Shown here: piece after piece, positions 1 to 10,756 of the stretch | How the letters are laid out: every line of letters begins with the position of its first letter | Position numbering within the stretch: position 1 is the first letter of the stretch | DNA from: Bacteroidota bacterium | Lineage (GTDB): Bacteria; Bacteroidota; Bacteroidia; Chitinophagales; Chitinophagaceae | Length of the DNA: 64,000 nt | Reading direction: 5' to 3' | Assembly: GCA_026391415.1 (NCBI GenBank) | Contig: JAPLEL010000098.1 | Span: forward strand, 1,162 to 65,161 | The notes under the pieces: model-generated | Told to the model about the DNA's origin: nothing | Database searches by the model: none | Seen by the model: only the letters and a program-made list of their open reading frames with translations | Program-made: the position numbers and the translations under genes

Positions 1-686
1 CTTATGTGCAAAGTGAAATTACAGCTGCAATGCGTGTGGGTGATAAATACGGATTTGTATTTAACACATTCACACATATTTTAGAAGGTTATAAAGTAGC
101 CGATAAAATGAAAGCGCATGGATCTAGTGCTTCAACTTTTTCTGATTGGTTTTATTACAAAGTTGAAGTAACAGATGCTATTGCGTACAATGCTGCTATC
201 ATGCAAAAAGTTGGATTGAATGTTTGTATTAATTCTGATGATGCAGAAATGGCGCGCCGATTAAATCAAGAAGCTGGTAAGGTTGTTAGATACGGTGGCG
301 TAAGTGAAGAAGAAGCATTAAAAATGGTAACCATCAATCCTGCAAAAGCATTACACGTTGCCGATAAAGTAGGAAGTATTAAAGCTGGTAAAGATGCCGA
401 CATTGTAATTTGGAGCGACAATCCATTAAGCATTTACGCAAAATCAGAAAAAACAATTGTAGATGGTATTGTATATTTTGATCGCGAAAAAGATTTATTA
501 CAACGCAAAAAAATACAAGCAGAACGTTTTCGTTTAACACAAAAAATGATTGGTGAAAAAAGAGGTGGAGGTAGTGTACGTCCGGCAGAACCAAGCTGGC
601 AAACAATTCTAAGCTGTGGAGATCACGAACACAAAGATGGAATGTTTACTATTGATGTACAAGAAGAAGCAACAATCAAACAATAA
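1..686 (+). CDS. amidohydrolase family protein, C-terminal part (5' end lies outside the window)
   Basis: The reading frame is open to the window edge. The translation shows the C-terminal signature of metal-dependent amidohydrolases (NSDDAEM, GSIKAGKDADIVIW, VDGIVYF). A paralogous gene follows directly. Confidence 0.75.
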   Translation, partial: YVQSEITAAMRVGDKYGFVFNTFTHILEGYKVADKMKAHGSSASTFSDWFYYKVEVTDAIAYNAAIMQKVGLNVCINSDDAEMARRLNQEAGKVVRYGGVSEEEALKMVTINPAKALHVADKVGSIKAGKDADIVIWSDNPLSIYAKSEKTIVDGIVYFDREKDLLQRKKIQAERFRLTQKMIGEKRGGGSVRPAEPSWQTILSCGDHEHKDGMFTIDVQEEATIKQ

Positions 687-697
687 AAAGAAAGACC

Positions 698-2035
698 ATG
701 AAAAAATTATTTATAACAATATCTGCTGTGTTTTTATTTTGTTCAATTACACAAGCACAAGAATCGGTTTATCCAGCAAAAGCATATAAAGGAAAATTAT
801 ACATTACCAACGGAACCATTCACGTGGGTAACGGAACGGTTTTAGAGAACCAAACCATTGAAGTTAGTAATGGAAAAATTACCGCTATTGGCGCAAACGT
901 TGTTGTTCCTACAACAGACCCTACACATGTTTTTGATGCAAAAGGAAAACAAATTTATCCTGGTTTAATTTTACCTTCTACCGACTTAGGATTAAAAGAA
1001 ATTTCTAATGGTGTTCGCGGCAGCAATGATGTGCAAGAGCTTGGTGACATTAATACCAATGTTCGTTCTATTACTGCTTACAATACCGACTCAAGAGTAA
1101 TTAATGTTTTAAAGGGTAATGGTATTTTATTGGCAAGCATTACTCCCGAAGGTGGTACCATTAGTGGCACGTCTAGTGTGGTACAACTTGATGCCTGGAA
1201 TTGGGAAGACGCTGCTTATAAAATGGATGCCGGTATTCATTTAAATATGCCAAGCTTTATTGTTCGTATGGGCAGAAGAGGTGGCGGCGGTGGCGGTTTT
1301 GGACGTGGCGGTTTTGGAGGTGGAGAAGCATCCGATCCTACAAAAATTGCTTTAGATAAAACCGAAGAAATTAAAAGTTTTTTTAGACAAGCTAAAGCCT
1401 ACTTACAAGAAAGCGTTCATGCAAATACCAATTTAAAATTAGCTGCGGTAAAAGGTTTGTATGATAAAAAACAAAAGCTGTTTGTACACGCCGATCAAGT
1501 AAAACAAATGTTGGTGGCCATTGATTTTGTAAAAGAGTTTGGATTTGATGTGGTTATTGTTGGCGGTAGTGAAAGCTATCAAATTGCCGATCTATTAAAG
1601 GCTTCAAATATTGCGGTGATACTTGGCGAACAACACTCCTTGCCAGCAACAGAAGACGACGATATAGACCAACCGTTTAAAACGCCGGCGGCTTTACAAA
1701 AAGCCGGAGTTCTATTTGCACTAAACGATGCTTCAGACAATACACGTTATCGCAACCTTTCTTATAACGCCGGAACCGCAGCAACTTATGGTTTAACCAA
1801 AGAAGAAGCGCTTTCTGCCATCACCTTAAATCCAGCAAAAATTCTTGGTATTGATGACAGAACGGGCACTCTAGAAGTTGGTAAAGACGCTAATATTGTA
1901 GTTGCCGATGGTGATATTTTAGATATGAAATCAAGTACGGTTGTAATGGCGTTTATTCAGGGACGAAAGGTTAGCCTCGAAAACAAGCAAACACAATTGT
2001 ATGATAGATATCAATCAAAATATGGTATTAAATAA
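698..2035 (+). CDS. secreted amidohydrolase family protein
   Basis: 445-aa ORF with a signal peptide (MKKLFITISAVFLFCSITQAQ) and an amidohydrolase C-terminal motif (GTLEVGKDANIVVADGDIL). It sits in tandem with the upstream paralog. Confidence 0.8.
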   Translation: MKKLFITISAVFLFCSITQAQESVYPAKAYKGKLYITNGTIHVGNGTVLENQTIEVSNGKITAIGANVVVPTTDPTHVFDAKGKQIYPGLILPSTDLGLKEISNGVRGSNDVQELGDINTNVRSITAYNTDSRVINVLKGNGILLASITPEGGTISGTSSVVQLDAWNWEDAAYKMDAGIHLNMPSFIVRMGRRGGGGGGFGRGGFGGGEASDPTKIALDKTEEIKSFFRQAKAYLQESVHANTNLKLAAVKGLYDKKQKLFVHADQVKQMLVAIDFVKEFGFDVVIVGGSESYQIADLLKASNIAVILGEQHSLPATEDDDIDQPFKTPAALQKAGVLFALNDASDNTRYRNLSYNAGTAATYGLTKEEALSAITLNPAKILGIDDRTGTLEVGKDANIVVADGDILDMKSSTVVMAFIQGRKVSLENKQTQLYDRYQSKYGIK

Positions 2036-2069
2036 ATTGATTAAATCATAATTATTATACCAAATTTTA

Positions 2070-2097
2070 AAACCCTACAAATTGTAGGGTTTTTTTA
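2070..2097 (+). terminator. rho-independent terminator candidate
   Basis: Perfect stem AACCCTACAA/TTGTAGGGTT followed by a T run, about 35 nt after the amidohydrolase stop codon. Confidence 0.7.
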
Positions 2098-2128
2098 TTT
2101 GGGTAACTAAATTATCTACCTTAGCGGC

Positions 2129-4969
2129 ATGGCCAAAAAACTTTACTTACTCGATGCTTTTGCCTTAATCTATCGTGCCTATTATGCATTGATTAGGAAT
2201 CCTAGAATTACCTCTAAAGGATATAATACCAACGCACAGTTTGGATTTACTAGCACCCTGTTTGATTTAATTAATAAAGAAAAGCCAACACATATTGCCG
2301 TGTGTTTTGATACGCACGCACTTACAGAAAGACATATTGATTTTGCAGACTATAAAGCCAACCGACAAGAAACACCCGAAGATCTTTTGGCATCGGTTCC
2401 AGACATCAAAAGAATTATCCGTGGTTTTAATATTCCGGTAGTTGAATTAGATGGATATGAGGCCGATGATGTAATCGGTACAATTGCTTGGCAAGCGGCC
2501 GATTTGGGATATGAAGTTTATATGGTAACACCCGATAAAGATTATGGTCAATTACTAATTCATCCGCATGTATATATTTACAAGCCCCCTTTTATGGGCA
2601 ACCCCCACGAAATTTTAACAGCCGAAAAAATTTGTGCCAAATGGGATATTCAGCGTGTACAACAAGTGGTTGACATGTTAGGTATGATGGGCGATGCTGT
2701 TGATAATATTCCAGGAATTCCGGGTGTTGGCGAAAAAACGGCAGCTAAATTGTTGAAAGAATATGACACACTCGAAAACGTGTTGGCACACGCCGACGAA
2801 ATAAAAGGAGCGGTTGGAGAAAAAGTACGCAACGGTAAAGAACTTGCTATTATGAGTAAAAAACTCGCTACCATTATTACCAATGTGCCACTTGAGTTTC
2901 ACGAAGAAAATTATCGTTTAAAAGAATGGAACAACGAAGAGTTGGTTACCGTGTTTTCAGAACTTGAATTTAAAACACTAGGTAAAAGAATTTTGGGCGA
3001 TGCATTCAACGCTTTTCAAACAGCACCAACACAACAAGGCCAAATGGATTTATTTGGAAACGCTGTTGCAAGTACAGAAAACAAACAAGGAAATAACGAA
3101 TTAAAATCTGCGCTTTCTGAAGATGCTGGCAATACAGGTTTATCGGCCGATAAAAATATTCACAACACCGAACACGATTACCAATTAATAGATGGCGAAG
3201 AAAATATTAACGCACTAGTAAATATTTTAATGCAACAATCTGAAATTTGTTTCGATACAGAAACAACTGATATTGATGCAAACGAAGCGGGTTTGGTTGG
3301 GTTAAGTTTTTCTTATGAACCAACAAAAGCATTTTATATTCCTTGCCCCGCAGATATAAATGCAACAAAAAATATTTTAAATTTATTTAAACCACTATTT
3401 GAAAAAACAAGTATTACCTGGGTTGGTCAAAATATTAAATACGATTTATTGGTTTTAAAATGGTATGGCATTGAGCCTAAAGGAAATTTGTTTGATACCA
3501 TGTTGGCGCATTATTTAATTGAGCCAGAAGGTAGGCGTAGCATGGATTTGCTGAGTGCGCAGTTTTTAGGATACGAACCCGTACATATTGCAGAGTTGAT
3601 TGGCAAGAAAGGAAAGAACCAAGGAAACATGCGCGATGTAGATACAGAAAAAGCAAAAGAGTATGCAGCAGAAGACGCTGATATTACCCTGCAATTAAAA
3701 AATGTTTTTGTTCCATTACTAACAGAAAAAACGGTTGAACGCGTTTTTAACGAAGTAGAAAATCCGTTAGTTCGTGTGTTAACCGATATGGAATTTGAGG
3801 GTGTTGCAATTGATGTAGATTTCTTAAATGCCTATAGCAAAGAACTAGAAAAAGACGCGAAAGTATTTGAAGAGTCTGTTTATGCGCAAGCGGGTGTTCG
3901 TTTTAATTTAGCTTCTCCAAAACAATTAGGAGAAGTATTATTTGATAAATTAAAAATTGATCCGAAAGCCAAAAAAACAAAAACAGGTCAATACGCAACC
4001 GGCGAAGATGTTATTCAAAAATTAGCACACAACAATCCAATTGTTGCAGATATTTTAGGGTTTAGAGAATTGACAAAATTAAAAAGCACGTATGTTGATG
4101 CTTTGCCAAATTTAATTAATAGTAAAACCGGAAGGGTTCATACTTCTTATGCGCAAGCGGTTGCGGTAACAGGAAGATTAAGCAGCAATAATCCAAACCT
4201 GCAAAACATTCCCATTAGAAGCGATAGAGGAAAAGAAATTAGAAAAGCATTTATTCCAAGAGATAACAAACATGTTTTGGTGAGTGCCGATTATTCGCAA
4301 ATTGAATTGCGCATTGTTGCTGCCATAAGTGGTGATGCAAATATGTGTGAGGCTTTTAAATTAGGAAAAGACATTCACAATGCAACAGCGGCAAAAGTGT
4401 ATGGTATTGAAGAGGCCGTTGTAACAAAAGAAATGCGCTATAAAGCAAAGAGCGTCAACTTTGGAATCATTTATGGACAAGGCGCATTTGGCTTAGCAGA
4501 AAACCTGGGAATCTCAAGAACCGAGGCCAAGGAAATTATAGACAATTATAAAAAAGAGTTTAGTGGTATTAATGAATACATGGAAACCACCATACAATTT
4601 GCCAAAGACAATGGATATGTTGAAACCCTAATGGGTAGAAAACGTTGGTTAAAAGACATAAACTCTCAAAACTTTACGGTGCGGGGTTTTGCAGAAAGAA
4701 ATGCCGTTAACTCTCCTATTCAAGGAACCGCTGCTGATATGATTAAACTAGCCATGATTCGGATACACCATGCTATGAAAGAGGCCAATCTTCAATCAAA
4801 AATGATTTTACAGGTACACGATGAATTGATATTTGATGCATTGCCCGAAGAGTTAGACATTTTAAAACCACTCATTTTAAACAATATGAAGGCTGCGCTA
4901 CCATTACCAAATGGCGTTCCGGTTGAAGCAGAATTGGGTGTTGGACCAAATTGGTTGCTAGCTCACTAA
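2129..4969 (+). CDS. polA: DNA polymerase I
   Basis: 946 aa with a 5'-3' exonuclease N-terminus, a 3'-5' exonuclease motif (CFDTETT) and family A polymerase motifs (DYSQIELR, QVHDEL). Confidence 0.97.
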   Translation: MAKKLYLLDAFALIYRAYYALIRNPRITSKGYNTNAQFGFTSTLFDLINKEKPTHIAVCFDTHALTERHIDFADYKANRQETPEDLLASVPDIKRIIRGFNIPVVELDGYEADDVIGTIAWQAADLGYEVYMVTPDKDYGQLLIHPHVYIYKPPFMGNPHEILTAEKICAKWDIQRVQQVVDMLGMMGDAVDNIPGIPGVGEKTAAKLLKEYDTLENVLAHADEIKGAVGEKVRNGKELAIMSKKLATIITNVPLEFHEENYRLKEWNNEELVTVFSELEFKTLGKRILGDAFNAFQTAPTQQGQMDLFGNAVASTENKQGNNELKSALSEDAGNTGLSADKNIHNTEHDYQLIDGEENINALVNILMQQSEICFDTETTDIDANEAGLVGLSFSYEPTKAFYIPCPADINATKNILNLFKPLFEKTSITWVGQNIKYDLLVLKWYGIEPKGNLFDTMLAHYLIEPEGRRSMDLLSAQFLGYEPVHIAELIGKKGKNQGNMRDVDTEKAKEYAAEDADITLQLKNVFVPLLTEKTVERVFNEVENPLVRVLTDMEFEGVAIDVDFLNAYSKELEKDAKVFEESVYAQAGVRFNLASPKQLGEVLFDKLKIDPKAKKTKTGQYATGEDVIQKLAHNNPIVADILGFRELTKLKSTYVDALPNLINSKTGRVHTSYAQAVAVTGRLSSNNPNLQNIPIRSDRGKEIRKAFIPRDNKHVLVSADYSQIELRIVAAISGDANMCEAFKLGKDIHNATAAKVYGIEEAVVTKEMRYKAKSVNFGIIYGQGAFGLAENLGISRTEAKEIIDNYKKEFSGINEYMETTIQFAKDNGYVETLMGRKRWLKDINSQNFTVRGFAERNAVNSPIQGTAADMIKLAMIRIHHAMKEANLQSKMILQVHDELIFDALPEELDILKPLILNNMKAALPLPNGVPVEAELGVGPNWLLAH

Positions 4970-4983
4970 ACATACTTATTAAT

Positions 4984-5451
4984 ATGTCGCCCAACGAAAA
5001 AACAATTCATCAATTCTTTCAAGCGCTAGAAAAACGCGATTATAAAACATTGCTTTCTTGTTATAGCAACAACGCAGTGTACAACAATCCGGTGATGGGT
5101 TTATTAGATATTGATACCACAAACACTATGTGGCAAATTTTATGTACACAGTTTCCAGGCTTAAAAACAACTTATAGTAATATTCAAGAGCTAGACGAAG
5201 AATACGCTACTTGTTTATGGGAAGAAGAATATCTTTATAATGAAAAATTAATATATATAAAAAAGAAGGCTTATTTTCGCTTAGAAAATGGCTTAATTAT
5301 AGAACATACCGACGGGTTCAATTTTTATGATTGGTGTAAACGAACAAATGGGGTTGTTGGATGGTTATTTGGTTGGTCGAATTTTATGCAAAAACGCATA
5401 CAAAAAAAAGAACGAAACAAATTAATAGCATACATAAACACAAATAAATAA
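4984..5451 (+). CDS. NTF2/SnoaL-like fold protein
   Basis: The N-terminus MSPNEKTIHQFFQALEKRDYKTLLSCYSNNAVY is typical of SnoaL-like proteins. The ATG at 4984 is preferred over the track start at 4951, which overlaps the polA end. Confidence 0.55.
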   Translation: MSPNEKTIHQFFQALEKRDYKTLLSCYSNNAVYNNPVMGLLDIDTTNTMWQILCTQFPGLKTTYSNIQELDEEYATCLWEEEYLYNEKLIYIKKKAYFRLENGLIIEHTDGFNFYDWCKRTNGVVGWLFGWSNFMQKRIQKKERNKLIAYINTNK

Positions 5452-5453
5452 AG

Positions 5454-6215
5454 ATGGGCTTCAATTGGCAATTTTTCTTCACTGCTTTTTACCGAATTGG
5501 AACGCGATATTATATAATTGCTGGTTTACTTTTTCTTGTTTTTTATATCTTGAAAAAGAAAAAGTGGCATTATAAAAAAATTCAATTGCGTGATGCAAAA
5601 ACAATTGATTTTTTAAGAGAAATATTATTCTCAACAAGTACTATTTTAATTTTTTCTTTATTTATTTATATTCTATATCTCCCAAGTGTTGCGCCATACA
5701 CAACGAGGTACCTAAATATTTCTGACCGTGGGTGGTTATATTATTTTGCTGTTTTTCCGTTGCTGTTTCTTGTTCATGATGCTTATTTTTATTGGTTTCA
5801 CCGATTAATGCACCACCCGCGTTTATTTAAACATATTCACCTGGTTCACCACAAGTCAACCAACCCTTCTCCCTGGGCTGCTTATGCCTTTCACCCGCTA
5901 GAGGCTATCATAGAACAGGGTATTATTTTCTTGTTTTATTTTACAATTCCCATACACATTACACACCTGATTTTTTTCTTTTTATTTTCTATTATATACA
6001 ATGCCTACGGACACCTTGGCTACGAATTATATAGTAGAAAATTTAGTAAATCAAAAATTGGTAGATGGGTTAACACATCGGTTAACCACAACCAACACCA
6101 CCAATATTTTAAAGGAAACTATGGATTGTATTTGTTGTTCTGGGACAGAATGATGGGAACCATTCGAGAAGACTATGACCAGCAATTTGAAGAAGTAACC
6201 AACAGAAAAAACTAG
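5454..6215 (+). CDS. sterol desaturase / fatty acid hydroxylase family membrane protein
   Basis: Several hydrophobic segments plus three histidine boxes (HRLMHH, HLVHHKS, HNQHHQ). Confidence 0.85.
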   Translation: MGFNWQFFFTAFYRIGTRYYIIAGLLFLVFYILKKKKWHYKKIQLRDAKTIDFLREILFSTSTILIFSLFIYILYLPSVAPYTTRYLNISDRGWLYYFAVFPLLFLVHDAYFYWFHRLMHHPRLFKHIHLVHHKSTNPSPWAAYAFHPLEAIIEQGIIFLFYFTIPIHITHLIFFFLFSIIYNAYGHLGYELYSRKFSKSKIGRWVNTSVNHNQHHQYFKGNYGLYLLFWDRMMGTIREDYDQQFEEVTNRKN

Positions 6216-6742
6216 TCGGGCGATTTTGCGGGGTTTGGTTTTTTATAAATAGGAACCGTACTGCAGGGCTCTCCGTACATAATGCTTTTTACAAAAGGCC
6301 TTAATTGATTGGTAATTTCAACATACGCCGTTTCTGGAATTGAAATGTCTCCACAACCTTTTACTACTACACGTTTATCGGTGTATTCGGCAGCATTAAA
6401 GCTTTGTAGGTTTTTTAAAATTAGTGCGTTGATTAATTTAGATTCGTCTCCAAAAATAATTTCTGCAGCAACCGGTTGTAAATAACTAGTAATTAACATA
6501 TAGGCCCACATAGGAATGATGGCATCAACAGAACATGTAATCGCAACATTTGCATCTTGATAAACCCCCCAGTCGGTGGTTTGAAGGGCGGCACGAAAAT
6601 CTTTTTCTTTTAAAATCAATTCCATAAAAAGATATCCCTTTAAATCAAACACCTTAATGTTTCCTTTGGGATAAAAATCTTCGAGGTTCAGAGTTATTAA
6701 TCCGCTCTCTGCTACTTTGTTTACAAATTCTTCTGTTGCCAT
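6212..6742 (-). CDS. conserved Bacteroidota protein (DUF2480-like)
   Basis: 176-aa ORF with a clean start. The family assignment is from memory of similar Bacteroidota proteins and was not verified. Confidence 0.5.
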   Translation of the reverse strand: MATEEFVNKVAESGLITLNLEDFYPKGNIKVFDLKGYLFMELILKEKDFRAALQTTDWGVYQDANVAITCSVDAIIPMWAYMLITSYLQPVAAEIIFGDESKLINALILKNLQSFNAAEYTDKRVVVKGCGDISIPETAYVEITNQLRPFVKSIMYGEPCSTVPIYKKPNPAKSPD

Positions 6743-6802
6743 GGTTGGTGCTTTGCTATCATAAAATTACAAATTTGTGGTTATACCTCGATGTTGATAT
6801 TG

Positions 6803-6843
6803 GGAAAACAAAAAAGGCTGTTTCAAATGAATGAAACAGCCTT
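6803..6843 (-). terminator. rho-independent terminator candidate downstream of the PpiD-like gene
   Basis: Stem AAGGCTGTTTCA/TGAAACAGCCTT (6814-6825 / 6832-6843) with a T run on the minus strand (A run 6805-6815 on plus). Confidence 0.7.
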
Positions 6844-6863
6844 GTATATAAATTTGAAATCTA

Positions 6864-8951
6864 TTAATAGAACTTAGAACGATTGTCTTTAATGGTAGCA
6901 GATTTTTTCAAAGCTTCTAAACCGCGATAGGCTGCCATACGAGCAGATTGTATTAAGCCCTGTTTGATAGTAGCAACATCTGTTGTGGCTGGTTTAGCGC
7001 CATTGCTTTCAACACGAACAGCAAACACACCACTTGTTCCAACAATTGGGTCACTTGCTTTTGACTGTAATGCTTTATTAAAAGACGCGCCAATTACTTT
7101 TGGCTCACTACCAATAGAAGGAATAAAAGGAGACGCAAAACTTACACTATCAGCCCTTTGAACACTAGATCCGGTGCTGCTAGCAATTGTTTCAAGTGTG
7201 TTTCCTTTAATTTTTGTATCAATAATTGTTTTGGCTTTTTTTGCGTTGCGTACTATGTTTTCGCACAAAGGACGCGCTTCGCCAACACCCATTAGGCCTG
7301 CTTTATTTACTGCAACAATAATTGCTACAACATATTTATCGCCCACTTCTGTTGGTTCAGAAATATCGCCTAGGCCTTTATCAAAAACCCAACGAACCAT
7401 TTGACGGCTTGCGCCCAATCCTATAATTTGGTTGTCGTTAGCTTTAATATCTGATCCTATAGACGCTTGCTTGTTTAATTTAAGCGCAGCATCGTCGAAA
7501 GTTTTTTTGTTTTTACTGTTAGACGCAAACTGAGCAGCAGCGGCGTTAGCGCCACTTACTGTTTCGTTGCTAGAAACAATCGCTTTAGACAAATAGGCAA
7601 TTTTATAGGCCGGTGCAAAATTCTTTTGTCCTAATATTTCTATATAGTGATAGCCAAATTCTGTTTTAACAACAGATTTTGTACCAACTGGTTTGTCAAA
7701 TGCAAAATCATTAAAAGCTAAAACCATTTTACCTTGTGGGAAATATTCATAAACACCACCCTTGTCTTTGCTTCCTTGATCATCTGAATATTTATTACAT
7801 AAGGCACCAAAATCAGCACCGGATTTAATTGCTGCAGCAATACTATCGGCTAATTTTTGTCCGGTACTATCACTGCGAATAGCTTGTCCGCTTCTTGGAT
7901 CTTGGGTTCCTATTAATATGTGTCGAACCGTAACGCTGTCTGGCCATTGTTTAACGCCTACCATTTTTGCAATTACATAATTACTAGCATCTAAATATGG
8001 TCCGTATAAACCTCCAACAGAAAGAGCGGTTAAGGAGTCTTTGTTTGTTTGTTGTAGTTTTGATTTACTAAAATAACTATCATAAAAAGCAACATCGGAA
8101 CCCACTTTTCCTAAGAACGATTTTGCGTCTGTTGTACTTGCAAATTCAGATTTTAAATTTTTAACCTGGTTTAAGGCGGTTAATGAATCGACATTAGAAG
8201 GAGCTGCATTAAAAGCAACATAGGCAATTGTTCGTGTTTCTATATCCTTTTTAAATTCAGTTGCATGTTTATTTACATAATCGTTGATTTCTTCGTCCGT
8301 TGCTTTTACAGTACTATCAGTAATACTTGAAAAAGGAACCATGGTATAAGAAATACTTGCAATAGCATTATTATCTGCTTGTTGTTTTTCAATTAACCAT
8401 TTTGGAACATAGGCAGCTTGTTGTAATAAACCCTGGTACTTCATACGTAACCCTTGTTCAATAGTAGGGTTTATATAAACAGCGTTAATCATATTAACCT
8501 GCTCGGCATTTTTGCTTTTTTTAATTTGTGCAAAAGCTTGTTTGGCTTCATTCGCTTTAAAAACACCTGTTTTAGGATCTGTAAATTCTTGTTTTAGCGG
8601 TGAGTTATCGCCAAACAAAATTTCGGTTAGTTCCTTACCTGTTATTTGTAAACCTAATTTATCATATTCTTGTTGTAACACAATTCTTTCTACTTCTTGA
8701 TTCCATAAAGAGCCAATCAATTGTTCTCGTTGTGCACCTTGTGCTCCATACATACGCTCTTGCATGGTAAGTTTTTCTTCAAAAGCAAGGCGTTCAATTT
8801 TTTCACCATTAACATTTCCAAGAGTTGTATTATCGGTAGATGAACCACCACGACGTACACCATCCTGAAGAATGAATGCAACAAGTGCAAGGGCAATGAT
8901 TCCGAAAATGATCCACGCACCTTTGTCACGAATACTTTGAATGACAGACAT
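6864..8951 (-). CDS. membrane-anchored peptidylprolyl isomerase (PpiD/SurA-like, parvulin type)
   Basis: N-terminal transmembrane anchor (GAWIIFGIIALALVAFIL) and a parvulin rotamase region (VRHILIG ... FGYHYIEI). Confidence 0.85.
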   Translation of the reverse strand: MSVIQSIRDKGAWIIFGIIALALVAFILQDGVRRGGSSTDNTTLGNVNGEKIERLAFEEKLTMQERMYGAQGAQREQLIGSLWNQEVERIVLQQEYDKLGLQITGKELTEILFGDNSPLKQEFTDPKTGVFKANEAKQAFAQIKKSKNAEQVNMINAVYINPTIEQGLRMKYQGLLQQAAYVPKWLIEKQQADNNAIASISYTMVPFSSITDSTVKATDEEINDYVNKHATEFKKDIETRTIAYVAFNAAPSNVDSLTALNQVKNLKSEFASTTDAKSFLGKVGSDVAFYDSYFSKSKLQQTNKDSLTALSVGGLYGPYLDASNYVIAKMVGVKQWPDSVTVRHILIGTQDPRSGQAIRSDSTGQKLADSIAAAIKSGADFGALCNKYSDDQGSKDKGGVYEYFPQGKMVLAFNDFAFDKPVGTKSVVKTEFGYHYIEILGQKNFAPAYKIAYLSKAIVSSNETVSGANAAAAQFASNSKNKKTFDDAALKLNKQASIGSDIKANDNQIIGLGASRQMVRWVFDKGLGDISEPTEVGDKYVVAIIVAVNKAGLMGVGEARPLCENIVRNAKKAKTIIDTKIKGNTLETIASSTGSSVQRADSVSFASPFIPSIGSEPKVIGASFNKALQSKASDPIVGTSGVFAVRVESNGAKPATTDVATIKQGLIQSARMAAYRGLEALKKSATIKDNRSKFY

Positions 8952-9519
8952 AATAGACTATTATTAATTGATTTTAAGGATGGCAAAAATAGGGGAAAAA
9001 CTATAGAATAAGAGCCGATAAAAGCAATCAAACCTATAAATACCGCTATTTTGCTGCTATTTGTATGTGGAAATTAAACGATTTTTAGTCTAATAGTGTT
9101 TTTGATCAATTTTCTCTATGATTTTATATCCACAAAGGCCTGTGCAAAAATTGTATTTTCGGTGTAAAACTGCCTTTTTTCATTTTTTTAATGTGTATTC
9201 AAGTAGAATAACTTTCACTAAAAATGGGTTTTATTGAGAAGTTAGAAAAATAAACACGTTTTAAGCTCTCTTAATTAACAGTGGAATAAAAGTGAATTAA
9301 AATTATTTAGTACTGTTAATTCTGTTTTAAACAAAAGGGGATAAAATCTTACAGTGTAATATCTGTCTATATTTAATACTGTGAATTTATTGTGAATTAG
9401 AGTGGATAAACAGATAGTAATTAACTTTGTCTTTTGTGAATAAAAAAGTTATCACGATATCCACACCCCTAATAGTAATAGTTAGGTTTTATAAATAAGT
9501 ATTATTAATTACTATTACG

Positions 9520-10527
9520 ATGATTATGAACATTTCAAATGATACAATTTTACAAAAAGGTTTTGTTGACACAGAAATTGATGCGCGTTTGGATTTATTT
9601 TCGGAGATTGAACTTCTAAAGAAAAACAAACATGCAATCATACTGGCGCATTACTACCAAGAACCTGATATACAAGACGTGGCAGATTATATTGGGGATA
9701 GTTTGGGGCTTGCACAAAAAGCCGCAGAAACAAATGCCAGTATTATTGTTTTTGCCGGCGTTCACTTCATGGCAGAAACAGCAAAGATTTTAAATCCCAA
9801 TAAAAAAGTTTTATTGCCCGATTTAAAAGCAGGATGTTCTCTTGCAGATAGCGCCCCCACATTAGCTTTCAAGCAATTTAAAGAAAAAAATACAGATCAT
9901 TTAGTGGTTTCATATATTAACTGTTCTGCAGAAATAAAAGCCTTATCAGATATTATTTGCACCTCCGGAAATGCTGAAAAAATTATTGAAAGTATTCCTA
10001 AAAATCAACCAATTATTTTTGCTCCAGATAAAAATTTAGGTGCCTATTTAATTAAAAAAACAGGCAGAGAAATGTTACTTTGGAATGGGGCTTGTATGGT
10101 GCATGAAATATTTAGTTTAGAGAAAATAATAAAATTAAAAATCCGTCATCCTAAAGCAAAATTAATTGCACATCCAGAATGTGAAGAAGCTATTTTACGT
10201 ATTGCAGAATTTATTGGAAGCACTACTCAATTATTAAAATTTTCTATAACAGATTCTTCGCAAGAATATATTGTTGCAACAGAAACAGGTATTCTCCATC
10301 AAATGCAACAGGATAGTCCAAAAAAGACTTTTATACCTGCTCCCCCTACGAACAACTGTGCATGTAACGATTGCCCGCATATGAAGCTTAATACGCTCGA
10401 GAAACTCTATTTATGTATGCAGTATGAATTGCCAGAAATTATTATGGAAGAAAACTTAAGAATTGCCGCGAAAAAACCAATGGATAGAATGTTAGAAATA
10501 AGTAGGGCCGCTGGTTTACTTGCTTAA
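9520..10527 (+). CDS. nadA: quinolinate synthase
   Basis: Characteristic NadA sequence ([37 protein letters not shown], conserved Cys residues). The start may instead be the ATG at 9526. Confidence 0.93.
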   Translation: MIMNISNDTILQKGFVDTEIDARLDLFSEIELLKKNKHAIILAHYYQEPDIQDVADYIGDSLGLAQKAAETNASIIVFAGVHFMAETAKILNPNKKVLLPDLKAGCSLADSAPTLAFKQFKEKNTDHLVVSYINCSAEIKALSDIICTSGNAEKIIESIPKNQPIIFAPDKNLGAYLIKKTGREMLLWNGACMVHEIFSLEKIIKLKIRHPKAKLIAHPECEEAILRIAEFIGSTTQLLKFSITDSSQEYIVATETGILHQMQQDSPKKTFIPAPPTNNCACNDCPHMKLNTLEKLYLCMQYELPEIIMEENLRIAAKKPMDRMLEISRAAGLLA

Positions 10528-10756
10528 TTGCATTTTCTACTCTAAAAACGCAATAAAAATAATTTAGCTGTATAAATTAAGGTGGTATTAATTATTAGAA
10601 TAATCAGTTCTCACCTACTTTTACAATACCAATTAAATATAAAACTAAATCAGTTAGTAAAATAAATACTAAAAAAATTAGTTTATATCAATAATTAGTA
10701 CTAATTTTATTGCTCCATTAAATTTTAAGTTAAACGAACGCATTAATTAACAGATT

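Noticed and set aside
2650-2902. Two minus-strand ORFs (77 and 74 aa) inside polA
   Set aside because: They are antisense shadows within a confidently identified, fully collinear polA gene.
4951-4983. N-terminal extension of the NTF2-like ORF overlapping polA
   Set aside because: The extension overlaps the last codons of polA and begins with a non-ATG codon. A clean ATG at 4984 gives a typical family N-terminus.
8717-9031. 104-aa minus-strand ORF overlapping the start of the PpiD-like gene
   Set aside because: It is an alternative frame of the PpiD-like 5' end that extends into AT-rich intergenic DNA. It has no motifs and an implausible composition.
8952-9519. NAD+ riboswitch (nadA motif) upstream of nadA
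   Set aside because: Only a loose ACACCCC-like string lies near 9465, and I could not trace the tandem bulged-stem architecture. As far as I recall, that motif class is reported from a different phylum. There is not enough evidence.
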